From: the human T2T-CHM13v2.0 reference genome, Homo sapiens
Assembly: GCF_009914755.1 (NCBI RefSeq)
Contig: NC_060925.1
Reading direction: 5' to 3' (one strand)
DNA: 64,000 nt
The notes under the pieces were generated by a model, which saw only the letters and a program-made list of their open reading frames with translations, did no database searches and was not told the DNA's origin. The position numbers and the translations under genes are program-made. Positions 1 through 14,000 of the stretch are shown in pieces (within the stretch, counting starts at the first letter, position 1; each line of letters opens with the position of its first letter).

Positions 1-211
1 GAATCATCGAATGGACTCGAATGGAATCATCGAATGGAATGGAATGGAACAGTCAATGAACTCGAATGGAATCATCATTGAATGGAATCGAATGGAATCA
101 TCGAGTGGAATCGAATGGAATTATGATCAAATGGAATCGAATGTAATCATCATCAAATGGAATCAAAAATAACCATCATCAATTGGTATTGAATGGAATT
201 GTCATCAAATG

Positions 212-217
212 GAATTC
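212..217. other. Per-unit EcoRI site (GAATTC) that defines the classic 1.77-kb fragment
   Basis: ggaattcaaagg occurs once per standard unit. Confidence 0.85.
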
Positions 218-259
218 AAAGGAATCATCATCAAATGGAACCGAATGGAATCCTCATTG

Positions 260-727
260 AATGGAAATGAAAGGGGTCATCATCTAATGGAATCGCATGG
301 AATCATCATCAAATGGAATCGAATGGAATCATCATCAAATGGAATCTAATGGAATCATTGAACAGAATTGAATGGAATCGTCATCGAATGAATTGAATGC
401 AATCATCGAATGGTCTCGAATGGAATCATCTTCTAATGGAAAGGAATGGAATCATCGCATAGAATCGAATGGAATTATCATCGAATGGAATCGAATGGTA
501 TCAACACCAAACGGAAAAAAACGGAATTATCGAATGGAATCGAAGAGAATCTTCGAACGGACCCGAATGGAATCATCTAATGGAATGGAATGGAATAATC
601 CATGGACTCGAATGCAATCATCATCGAATGGAATCGAATGGAATCATCGAATGGACTCGAATGGAATAATCATTGAACGGAATCGAATGGAATCATCATC
701 GGATGGAAACGAATGGAATCATCATCG
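260..727 (+). repeat. 468-bp subunit A of the higher-order unit (representative copy)
   Basis: Starts aatggaaatgaaaggggtcatc. Diagnostic words: tcttctaatggaaagg, ggtatcaacacc, aatcttcgaacgg, ggaaacgaatgg. Paralogous to the next 468 bp (ORF starts 372 and 840). Confidence 0.9.
347..357 (+). promoter_or_regulatory. DUX4-type motif TAATGGAATCA (fits TAAYBBAATCA), about 2 per unit; second site at 1280-1290
   Basis: Sequence match in atctaatggaatcattg and gctaatggaatcaac. DUX4 binding and activation of HSATII is established, but occupancy of these particular sites is inferred. Confidence 0.45.
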
Positions 728-1195
728 AATGGAAATGAAAGGAGTCATTATCTAATGGAATTGCATGGAATCATCATAAAATGGAATCGAATGGAATCAA
801 CATCAAATGGAATCAAATGGAATCATTGAACGGAATTGAATGGAATCGTCATCGAATGAATTGAATGCAATCATCGAATGGTCTCGAATGGAATCATCTT
901 CAAATGGAATGGAATGGAATCATCGCATAGAATCGAATGGAATTATCATCGAATGGAATCGAATGGAATCAACCTCAAACGGAAAAAAACGGAATTATCG
1001 AATGGAATCGAAGAGAATCATCGAATGGACCCGAATGGAATCATCTAATGGAATGGAATGGAATAATCCATGGACTCGAATGCAATCATCATCGAATGGA
1101 ATCGAATGGAATCATCGAATGGACTCGAATGGAATAATCATTGAACGGAATCGAATGGAATCATCATCGGATGGAAATGAATGGAATCATCATCG
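728..1195 (+). repeat. 468-bp subunit B of the higher-order unit (representative copy), internal duplicate of subunit A
   Basis: Starts aatggaaatgaaaggagtc at +468 from A. Diagnostic words: tcttcaaatggaatgg, ggaatcaac, aatcatcgaatggacc, ggaaatgaatgg. Confidence 0.9.
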
Positions 1196-2012
1196 AATGG
1201 AATCGAATAGAATTATGGAATGAAATCCAGTGTGATCATCATCGAATGGACCCGAATGGAATCATCATCCAACGGAAGCTAATGGAATCAACATCGAATG
1301 AATCGAATGGAAACACCATCGAATTGAAACGAATGGAATTATCATGAAATTGAAATGGATGGACTCATCATCGAATGGATTCGAATGGAATCATCGAATA
1401 AAATTGATTGAAATCATCATCGAATGGAATCGAATGGAATCATCATCAGATGGAAATGAATGGAATCGTCATAGAATGGAATCGAATGGATTCATTGAAT
1501 GGAATCAGATGGAATCATCGAATGGACTGGAATGGAATCATTGAATGGACTCGAAAGGGATCATTATTGAATGGAATTGAATGGAATCATCGAATGGTCT
1601 CGATTGGAATCATTATCAAATGGAATCGAATGGAATCACCGAATAGAATCGAATGGAACAATCATCGAATGGACTCAAATGGAATTATCCTCAAATGGAA
1701 TGGAATGGAATTATCGAATGCAATGGAATGGAATTATCGAATGCAATCGAATAGAATCATCGAATGGACTCGAATGGAATCATCGAATGGAATGGAATGG
1801 AACAGTCAATGAACTCGAATGGAATCATCATTGAATGGAATCGAATGGAATCATCGAGTGGAATCGAATGGAATTATGATCAAATGGAATCGAATGTAAT
1901 CATCATCAAATGGAATCAAAAATAACCATCATCAATTGGTATTGAATGGAATTGTCATCAAATGGAATTCAAAGGAATCATCATCAAATGGAACCGAATG
2001 GAATCCTCATTG
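1196..2012 (+). repeat. Unique segment C of the higher-order unit (normally about 840 bp; this copy has a 23-bp deletion near 1430)
   Basis: Carries the single-copy markers aaatccagtgtgatc, acggaagcta, aaaattgattgaaa, cgaaagggatc, aacagtcaatgaac, caaaaataacc and the EcoRI site. Unit spacing 372 to 2125 is 1753 = 1776-23 (tcgaatggtatcattgaatggaa missing). Confidence 0.85.
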
Positions 2013-5000
2013 AATGGAAATGAAAGGGGTCATCATCTCATGGAATCGCATGGAATCATCATCAAATGGAATCGAATGGAATCATCATCAAATGGAATCT
2101 AATGGAATCATTGAACAGAATTGAATGGAATCGTCATCGAATGAATTGAATGCAATCATCGAATGGTCTCGAATGGAATCATCTTCTAATGGAAAGGAAT
2201 GGAATCATCGCATAGAATCGAATGGAATTATCATCGAATGGAATCGAATGGTATCAACACCAAACGGAAAAAAACGGAATTATCGAATGGAATCGAAGAG
2301 AATCTTCGAACGGACCCGAATGGAATCATCTAATGGAATGGAATGGAATAATCCATGGACTCGAATGCAATCATCATCGAATGGAATCGAATGGAATCAT
2401 CGAATGCACTCGAATGGAATAATCATTGAACGGAATCGATTGGAATCATCATCGGATGGAAACGAATGGAATCATCATCGAATGGAAATGAAAGGAGTCA
2501 TCATCTAATGGAATTGCATGGAATCATCATACAATGGAATCGAATGGAATCAACATCAAATGGAATCAAATGGAATCATTGAACGGAATTGAATGGAATC
2601 GTCATCGAATGAATTGACTGCAATCATCCAATGGTCTCGAATGGAATCATCTTCAAATGGAATGGAATGGAATCATCGCATAGAATCGAATGGAATTATC
2701 ATCGAATGGAATCGAATGGAATCAACATCCAACGGAAAAAACGGAATTATCGAATGGAATCGAAGAGAATCATCGAATGGACCCGAATGGAATCATCTAA
2801 TGGAATGGAATGGAATAATCCATGGACTCGAATGCAATCATCATCGAATGGAATCGAATGGAATCATCGAATGGACTCGAATGGAATAATCATTGAACGG
2901 AATCGAATGGAATCATCATCGGATGGAAATGAATGGAATCATCATCGAATGGAATCGAATAGAATTATGGAATGAAATCCAGTGTGATCATCATCGAATG
3001 GACCCGAATGGAATCATCATCCAACGGAAGCTAATGGAATCAACATCGAATGAATCAAATGGAAACACCATCGAATTGAAACGAATGGAATTATCATGAA
3101 ATTGAAATGGATGGACTCATCATCGAATGGATTAATGGAATCATCGAATAAAATTGATTGAAATCATCATCGAATGGAATCGAATGGTATCATTGAATGG
3201 AATCGAATGGAATCATCATCAGATGGAAATGAATGGACTCGTCATAGAATGGAATCGAATGGATTCATTGAATGGAATCAGATGGAATCATCGAATGGAC
3301 TGGAATGGAATCATTGAATGGACTCGAAAGGGATCATGATTGAATGGAATTGAATGGAATCATCGAATGGTCTCGATTGGAATCATTATCAAATGGAATC
3401 GAATGGAATCACCGAATAGAATCGAATGGCACAATCATCGAATGGACTCAAATGGAATTATCCTCAAATGGAATCGAATGGAATTATCGAATGCAATCGA
3501 ATGGAATTTTCGAATGCAATCGAATAGAATCATCGAATGGACTCGAATGGAATCATCGAATGGAATGGAATGGAACAGTCAATGAACTCGAATGGAATCA
3601 TCATTGAATGGAATCGAATGGAATCATCGAGTGGAATCGAATGGAATTATGATCAAATGGAATCGAATGTAATCATCATCAAATGGAATCAAAAATAACC
3701 ATCATCAATTGGTATTGAATGGAATTGTCATCAAATGGAATTCAAAGGAATCATCATCAAATGGAACCGAATGGAATCCTCATTGAATGGAAATGAAAGG
3801 GGTCATCATCTAATGGAATCGCATGGAATCATCATCAAATGGAATCGAATGGAATCATCATCAAATGGAATCTAATGGAATCATTGAACAGAATTGAATG
3901 GAATCGTCATCGAATGAATTGAATGCAATCATCGAATGGTCTCGAATGGAATCATCTTCTAATGGAAAGGAATGGAATCATCGCATATAATCGAATGGAA
4001 TTATCATCGAATGGAATCGAATGGTATCAACACCAAACGGAAAAAAAAGGAATTATCGAATGGAATCGAAGAGAATCTTCGAACGGACCCGAATGGAATC
4101 ATCTAATAGAATGGAATGGAATAATCCATGGACTCGAATGCAAACATCATCGAATGGAATCGAATGGAATCATCAAATGGACTCGAATGGAATAATCATT
4201 GAACGGAATCGAATGGAATCATCATCGGATGGAAACGAATGGAATCATCATAGAATGGAAATGAAAGGAGTCATCATCTAATGGAATTGCATGGAATCAT
4301 CATAAAATGGAATCGAATGGAATCAACATCAAATGGAATCAAATGGAATCATTGAACGGAATTGAATGGAATCGTCATCGAATGAATTGACTGCAATCAT
4401 CCAATGGTCTCGAATGGAATCATCTTCAAATGGAATGGAATGGAATCATCGCATAGAATCGAATGGAATTATCATCGAATGGAATCGAATGGAATCAACA
4501 TCAAACGGAAAAAAACGGAATTATCGAATGGAATCGAAGAGAATCATCGAATGGACCCGAATGGAATCATCTAATGGAATGGAATGGAATAATCCATGGA
4601 CTCGAATGCAATCATCATCGAATGGAATCGAATGGAATCATCGAATGGACTCGAATGGAATAATCATTGAACGGAATCGAATGGAATCATCATCGGATGG
4701 AAATGAGTGGAATCATCATCGAATGGAATCGAATAGAATTATGGAATGAAATCCAGTGTGATCATCATCGAATGGACCCGAATGGAATCATCATCCAACG
4801 GAAGCTAATGGAATCAACATCGAATGAATCAAATGGAAACACCATCGAATTGAAACGAATGGAATTATCATGAAATTGAAATGGATGGACTCATCATCGA
4901 ACGGATTCGAATGGAATCATCGAATAAAATTGATTGAAATCATCATCGAATGGAATCGAATGGTATCATTGAATGGAATCGAATGGAATCATCATCAGAT

Positions 5001-8000
5001 GGAAATGAATGGAATCGTCATAGAATGGAATCGAATGGATTCATTGAATGGAATCAGATGGAATCATCGAATGGACTGGAATGGAATCATTGAATGGACT
5101 CGAAAGGGATCATTATTGAATGGAATTGAATGGAATCATCGAATGGTCTCGATTGGAATCATTATCAAATGGAATCGAATGGAATCACCGAATAGAATCG
5201 AATGGAACAATCATCGAATGGACTCAAATGGAATTATCCTCCAATGGAATCGAATGGAATTATCGAATGCAATCGAATGGAATTATCGAATGCAATCGAA
5301 TAGAATCATCGAATGGACTCGAATGGAATCATCGAATGGAATGGAATGGAACAGTCAATGAACTCGAATGGAATCATCATTGAATGGAATCGAATGGAAT
5401 CATCGAGTGGAATCGAATGGAATTATGATCAAATGGAATCGAATGTAATCATCATCAAATGGAATCAAAAATAACCATCATCAATTGGTATTGAATGGAA
5501 TTGTCATCAAATGGAATTCAAAGGAATCATCATCAAATGGAACCGAATGGAATCCTCATTGAATGGAAATGAAAGGGGTCATCATCTAATGGAATCGCAT
5601 GGAATCATCATCAAATGGAATCGAATGGAATCATCATCAAATGGAATCTAATGGAATCATTGAACAGAATTGAATGGAATCGTCATCGAATGTATTGAAT
5701 GCAATCATCGAATGGTCTCGAATGGAATCATCTTCTAATGGAAAGGAATGGAATCATCGCATAGAATCGAATGGAATTATCATCGAATGGAATCGAATGG
5801 TATCAACACCAAACGGAAAAAAACGGAATTATCGAATGGAATCGAAGAGAATCTTCGAACGGACCCGAATGGAATCATCTAATGGAATGGAATGGAATAA
5901 TCCATGGACTCGAATGCAATCATCATCGAATGGAATCGAATGGAATCATCGAATGGACTCGAATGGAATAATCATTGAGCAGAATCGAATGGAATCATCA
6001 TCGGATGGAAATGAAAGGAGTCATCATCTAATGGAATTGCATGGAATCATCATCAAATGGAATCGAATGGAATCAACATCAAATGGAATCAAATGGAATC
6101 ATTGAACGGAATTGAATGGAATCGTCATCGAATGAATTGAATGCAATCATCGAATGGTCTCGAATGGAATCATCTTCAAATGGAATGGAATGGAATCATC
6201 GCATAGAATCGAATGGAATTATCATCGAATGGAATCGAATGGAATCAACATCAAACGGAAAAAAACGGAATTATCGAATGGAATCGAAGAGAATCATCGA
6301 ATGGACCCGAATGGAATCATCTAATGGAATGGAATGGAATAATCCATGGACTCGAATGCAATCATCATCGAATGGAATCGAATGGAATCATCGAATGGAC
6401 TCGAATGGAATAATCATTGAACGGAATAGAATGGAATCATCATCGGATGGAAATGAATGGAATCGTCATCGAATGGAATCGAATAGAATTATGGAATGAA
6501 ATCCAGTGTGATCATCATCGAATGGACCCGAATGGAATCATCATCCAACGGAAGCTAATGGAATCAACATCGAATGAATCAAATGGAAACACCATCGAAT
6601 TGAAACGAATGGAATTACCATGAAATTGAAATGGATGGACTCATCATCGAATGGATTCGAATGGAATCATCGAATAAAATTGATTGAAATCATCATCGAA
6701 TGGAATCGAATGGTATCATTGAATGGAATCGAATGGAATCATCATCAGATGGAAATGAATGGAATCGTCATAGAATGGAATCGAATGGATTCATTGAATG
6801 GAATCAGATGGAATCATCGAATGGACTGGAATGGAATCATTGAATGGACTCGAAAGGGATCATGATTGAATGCAATCGAATAGAATCATCGAATGGACTC
6901 GAATGGAATCATCGAATGGAGTGGAATGGAACACTCAATGAACTCGAATGGAATCATCATTGAATGGAATCGAAAGGAATCATTGAGTGGAATCGAATGG
7001 AATTATGATCAAATGGAATCGAATGTAATCATCATCAAATGGAATCAAAAATAACCATCATCAATTGGTATTGAATGGAATTGTCATCAAATGGAATTCA
7101 AAGGAATCATCATCAAATGGAACCGAATGGAATCCTCATTGAATGGAAATGAAAGGGGTCATCATCTAATGGAATCGCATGGAATCATCATCAAATGGAA
7201 TCGAATGGAATCATCATCAAATGGAATCTAATGGAATCATTGAACAGAATTGAATGGAATCGTCATCGAATGAATTGAATGCAATCATCGAATGGTCTCG
7301 AATGGAATCATCTTCTAATGGAAAGGAATGGAATCATCGCATACAATCGAATGGAATTATCATCGAATGGAATCGAATGGTATCAACACCAAACGGAAAA
7401 AAACGGAATTATCGAATGGAATCGAAGAGAATCTTCGAACGGACCCGAATGGAATCATCTAATGGAATGGAATGGAATAATCCATGGACTCGAATGCAAT
7501 CATCATCGAATGGAATCGAATGGAATCATCGAATGGACTCGAATGGAATAATCATTGAACGGAATCGAATGGAATCATCATCGGATGGAAACGAATGGAA
7601 TCATCATCGAATGGAAATGAAAGGAGTCATCATCTAATGGAATTGCATGGAATCATCATAAAATGGAATCGAATGGAATCAACATCAAATGGAATCAAAC
7701 GGAATCATTGAACGGAATTGAATGGAATCGTCATCGAATGAATTGACTGCAATCATCGAATGGTCTCGAATGGAATCATCTTCAAATGGAATGGAATGGA
7801 ATCATCGCATAGAATCGAATGGAATTATCACCGAATGGAATCGAATGGAATCAACATCAAACGGAAAAAAACGGAATTATCGAATGGAATCGAAGAGAAT
7901 CATCGAATGGACCCGAATGGAATCATCTAATGGAATGGAATGGAATAATCCATGGACTCGAATGCAATCATCATCGAATGGAATCGAATGGAATCATCGA

Positions 8001-11000
8001 ATGAACTCGAATGGAATCATCATTGAATGGAATCGAATGGAATCATCGAGTGGAATCGAATGGAATTATGATCAAATGGAATCGAATGTAATCATCATCA
8101 AATGGAATCAAAAATAACCATCATCAATTGGTATTGAATGGAATTGTCATCAAATGGAATTCAAAGGAATCATCATCAAATGGAACCGAATGGAATCCTC
8201 ATTGAATGGAAATGAAAGGGGTCATCATCTAATGGAATCGCATGGAATCATCATCAAATGGAAACGAATGGAATCATCATCAAATGGAATCTAATGGAAT
8301 CATTGCAGGAATTGAATGGAATCATCATCGAATGAATTGAATGCAATCATCGAATGGTCTCGAATGGAACCATCTTCTAATGGAAAGGAATGGAATCATC
8401 GCATAGAATCGAATGGAATTGTCATCGAATGGAATCGAATGGTATCAACACCAAACGGAAAAAAACGGAATTATCGAATGGAATCGAAGAGAATCTTCGA
8501 ACGGACCCGAATGGAATCATCTAATGGAATGGAATGGAATAATCCATGGACTCGAATGCAATCATCATCGAATGGAATCGAATGGAATCATCGAATGGAC
8601 TCGAATGGAATAATCATTGAACGGAATCGAATGGAATCATCATCGGATGGAAACGAATGGAATCATCATCGAATGGAAATGAAAGGAGTCATCATATAAT
8701 GGAATTGCATGGAATCATCATCAAATGGAATCGAATGGAATCAACATCAAATGCAATCAAATGGAATCATTGAACGGAATTGAATGGAATCGTCATCGAA
8801 TGAATTGAATGCAATCATCGAATGGTCTCGAATGGAATCATCTTCAAATGGAATGGAATGGAATCATCGCATAGAATCGAATGGAATTATCATCGAATGG
8901 AATCGAATGGAATCAACATCAAATGGAAACAAAAGGAATTATTGAAAGGAATTAAATGGAATCGTCAACGAATGAATTGAATGCAATCATCGAACGGTCT
9001 CGAATGGAATCATCTTCAAATGGAATGGAATGGAATCATCGCATAGAATCGAATGGAATTATCATCGAATGGAATCGAATGAAATCAACATCAAACGGAA
9101 AAAAACGGAATTATCGAATGGAATCGAAAAGAATCATCGAATGGTCCCGAATGGAATCATCTAATGGAATGGAATGGAATAATCCATGGACTCGAATGCA
9201 ATCATCATCGAATGGAATCGAATGGAATCATCGAATGGACTCGAATGGAATAATCATTGAACGGAATCGAATGGAATCATCATCGGATGGAAATGAATGG
9301 AATCATCATCGAATGGAATCGAATAGAATTATGGAATGAAATCCAGTGTGATCATCATCGAATGGACCCGAATGGAATCATCATCCAACGGCAGCTAATG
9401 GAATCAACATCGAATGAATCGAATGGAAACACCATCGAATTGAAACGAATGGAATTATCATGAAATTGAAATGGATGGACTCATCATCGAATGGATTCGA
9501 ATGGAATCATCGAATAAAATTGATTGAAATCATCATCCAATGGAATCGAATGGTATCATTGAATGGAATCGAATGGAATCATCATCAGATGGAAATGAAT
9601 GGAATCGTCATAGAATGGAATCGAATGGATTCATTGAATGGAATCAGATGGAATCATCGAATGGACTGGAATGGAATCATTGAATGGACTCGAAAGGGAT
9701 CATTATTGAATGGAATTGAATGGAATCATCGAATGGTCTCGATTGGAATCATTATCAAATGGAATCGAATGGAATCACCGAATAGAATCGAATGGAACAA
9801 TCATCGAATGGACTCAAATGGAATTATCCTCAAATGGAATGGAATGGAATTATCGACTGCAATCGAATGGAATTATCGAATGCAATCGAATAGAATCATC
9901 GAATGGACTCGAATGGAATCATCGAATGGAATGGAATGGAACAGTCAATGAACTCGAATGGAATCATCATTGAATGGGATCGAATGGAATCATCGAGTGG
10001 AATCGAATGGAATTATGATCAAATGGAATCGCATGGAATCATCATCAAATGGAATCGAAAGGAATCATCATCAAATGGAATCTGATGGAATCATTGAACA
10101 GAATTGAATGGAATCGTCATCGAATGAATTGAATGCACTCATCGAATGGTCTCGAATGGAATCATCTTCTAATGGAAAGGAATGGAATCATCGCATAAAA
10201 TCGAATGGAATTAACATTGAATGGACTCGAATGGAATCAACATCAAACGGAATCAAGCCGAATTATCGAATGGAATCGAAGAGAATCATAGAATGGACTC
10301 GAATGGATTCATCTAATGGAATGGAATGGAATAATCCACGGACCCGAATGCAATCATCATCGAATGGAATCGAATGGAATCATCGAATGGACTCGAATGG
10401 AATAAACATTGAACGGAATCGAATGGAATCATCATCGGATGGAAACGAATGGAATCATCATCGAATGGAAATGAAAGGAATCATCATCTAATGGAATTGC
10501 ATGGAATCATCATCAAATGGAATCGAATGGAATCAACATCAAATGGAATCAAATGGAATCATTGAACGGAATTGAATGGAATCGTCATCGAATGAATTGA
10601 ATGCAATCATCGAATGGTCTCGAATGGAATCATCTTCAAATGGAATGGAAAGCAATCATCGCATAGAATCGAATGGAATTATCATCGAATGGAATCGAAT
10701 CGTATCAACATCAAACGGAAAAAAACGGAATTATCGAATGGAATCGAAGAGAATCTTCGAACGGACCCGAATGGAATCATCTAATGGAATGGAAAGGAAC
10801 AATCCATGGACTGGTAGGCAAACATCATTGAACGGAATCGAATGGAATCATCTTCGGATGGACATGACTGGAATCATCATCGAATGGAAATGAAAGGAGT
10901 CATCATCTAATGGAATTGCATGGAATCATCATAAAATGGAATCAAATGGAATCAACATCAAATGGAATCAAATGGAATCATTGAACGGAATTGAATGGAA

Positions 11001-14000
11001 TCGTCATCGAATGAATTGAATGCAATCATCGAATGGTCTCGAATGGAATCATCTTCAAATGGAATGGAATGGAATCATCGCATAAAATCGAATGGAATTA
11101 TCATCGAATGGAATCGAATGGAATCAACATCAAACGGAAAAAAACGGAATTATCGAATGGAATCGAATAGAATCATCGAATGGACCCGAATGGAATCATC
11201 TAATGGAATGGAATGGAATAATCCATGGACTCGAATGCAATCATCATCGAATGGAATCGAATGGAATCATCCAATGGACTCGAATGGAATAATCATTGAA
11301 CGGAATCGAATGGAATCATCATCGGATGGAAATGAATGGAATCATCATCGAATGGAATCGAATAGAATTATGGAATGAAATCCAGTGTGATCATCATCGA
11401 ATGGACCCGAATTGAATCATCATCCAACGGATGCTAATGGAATCAACATCGAATGAATCAAATGGAAACACCATCGAATTGAAACGAATGGAATTACAAT
11501 GAAATTGAAATGGATGGACTCATCATCGAATGGATTCGAATGGAATCATCGAATAAAATTGATTGAAATCATCATCGAATGGAATCGAATGGTATCATTG
11601 AATGGAATCGAATGGAATCATCATCAGATGGAAATGAATGGAATCGTCATAGAATGGAATCGAATGGATTCATTGAATGGAATCAGATGGAATCATCGAA
11701 TGGACTGGAAAGGAATCATTGAATGGACTCGAAAGAGATCATTATTGAATGGAATTGAATGGAATCATCGAATCGTCTCGATTGGAATCATTATCAAATG
11801 GAATCGAATGGAATCACCGAATAGAATCGAATGGAACAATCATCGAAAGGACTCAAATTGAATTATCCTCAAATGGAATCGAATGGAATTATCGAATGCA
11901 ATCGAATGGAAATATCGAATGCAATCGAATAGAATCATCGAATGGACTCGAATGGAATCATCGAATGGAATGGAATGGAACAGTCAATGAAGTCGAATGG
12001 AATCATCATTGAATGGAATCGAATGGAATCATCGAGTGGAATCGAATGGAATTATGATCAAATGGAATCGAATGTAATCATCATCAAAAGGAATCAAAAA
12101 TAACCATCATCAATTGATATTGAATGGTATTGTCATCAAATGGAATTCAAAGGAAACATCATCAAATGGAACCGAATGGAATCCTCATTGAATGGAAATG
12201 AAAGGGGTCATCATCTAATGGAATCGCATGGAATCATCATCAAATGGAATCGAATGGAATCATCATCAAATGGAGTCTAATGGAATCATTGAACAGAATT
12301 GAATGGAATCGTCATCGAATGAATTGAATGCAATCATCGAATGGTCTCGAATGGAATCATCTTCTAATGGAAAGGAACGGAATCATCTCATAGAATCGAA
12401 TGGAATTATCATCGAATGGAATCGAATGGTATCAACACCAAACGGAAAAAAACGGAATTATCGAATGGAATCGAAGAGAATCTTCGAACGGACCCGAATG
12501 GAATCATCTAATGGAATGGAATGGAATAATCCATGGACTCCAATGCAATCATCATCGAATGGAATCGAATGGAATCATCGAATGGACTCGAATGGAATAA
12601 TCATTGAACGGAATCGAATGGAATCATCATCGGATGGAAACGAATGGAATCATCATCGAATGGAAATGAAAGCAGTCATCATCTAATGGAATTGCATGGA
12701 ATCATCATAAAATGGAATCGAATGGAATCAACATCAAATGGAATCAAATGGAATCATTGAACGGAATTGAATGGAATCGTCATCGAATGAATTGAATGCA
12801 ATCATCGAATGGTCTCGAATGGAATCATCTTCAAATGGAAGGGAATGGAATCATCGCATAGAATCGAATGGAATTATCATCGAATGGAATCGAATGGAAT
12901 CAACATCAAACGGAAAAAAACGGAATTATCGAATGGAATCGAAGAGAATCATCGAATGGACCCGAATGGAATCATCTAATGGTATGGAATGGAATAATCC
13001 ATGGACTCGAATGCAATCATCATCGAATGGAATCGAATGGAATCATCGAATGGACTCGAATGGAATAATCATTGAACGGAATCGAATGGAATCATCATCG
13101 GATGGAAATGAAAGGAGTCATCATCTAATGGAATTGCATGGAATCATCATAAAATGGAATCGAATGGAATCAACATCAAATGGAATCAAATGGAATCATT
13201 GAACGGAATTGAATGGAATCGTCATCGAATGAATTGAATGCAATCATCGAATGGTCTCGAATGGAATCATCTTCAAATGGAATGGAATGGAATCATCGCA
13301 TAGAATCGAATGGAATTATCATCGAATGGAATCGAATGGAATCAACATCAAACGGAAAAAAACGGAATTATCGAATGGAATCGAAGAGAATCATCGAATG
13401 GACCCGAATGGAATCATCTAATGGAATGGAATGGAATAATCCATGGACTCGAAAGCAATCATCATCGAATGGAATCGAATGGAATCATCGAATGGACTCG
13501 AATGGAATAATCATTGAACGGAATCGAATGGAATCATCATCGGATGGAAACGAATGGAATCATCATCGAATGGAAATGAAAGGAGTCATCATCTAATGGA
13601 ATTGCATGGAATCATCATAAAATGGAATCGAATGGAATCAACATCAAATGGAATCAAATGGAATCATTGAACGGAATTGAATGGAATCGTCATCGAATGA
13701 ATTGAATGCAATCATCGAATGGTCTTGAATGGAATCATCTTCAAATGGAATGGAATGGAATCATCGCATAGAATCGAATGGAATTATCATCGAATGGAAT
13801 CGAATGGAATCAATATCAAACGGAAAAAAACGGAATTATCGAATGGAATCGAAGAGAATCATCGAATGGACCCGAATGGAATCATCTAATGGAATGGAAT
13901 GGAATAATCCATGGACTCGAATGGAATCATCATCGAATGGAATCGAATGGAATCATCGAATGGACTCGAATGGAATAATCATTGAACGGATTCGAATGGA

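Noticed and set aside
514-521. A7 tracts as retrotransposon poly(A) tails or terminators
   Set aside because: They are a fixed short feature of each 468-bp subunit, with no associated element or hairpin.
542-560. Heat-shock element (gaagagaatcttcgaac)
   Set aside because: It has only two correctly spaced inverted nGAAn units; a canonical HSE needs three.
10808-10830. Possible foreign insertion or splice donor (ctggtaggcaaac)
   Set aside because: It aligns to ctcgaatgcaatc with substitutions at a 49-bp deletion. There is no net inserted sequence or target-site duplication.
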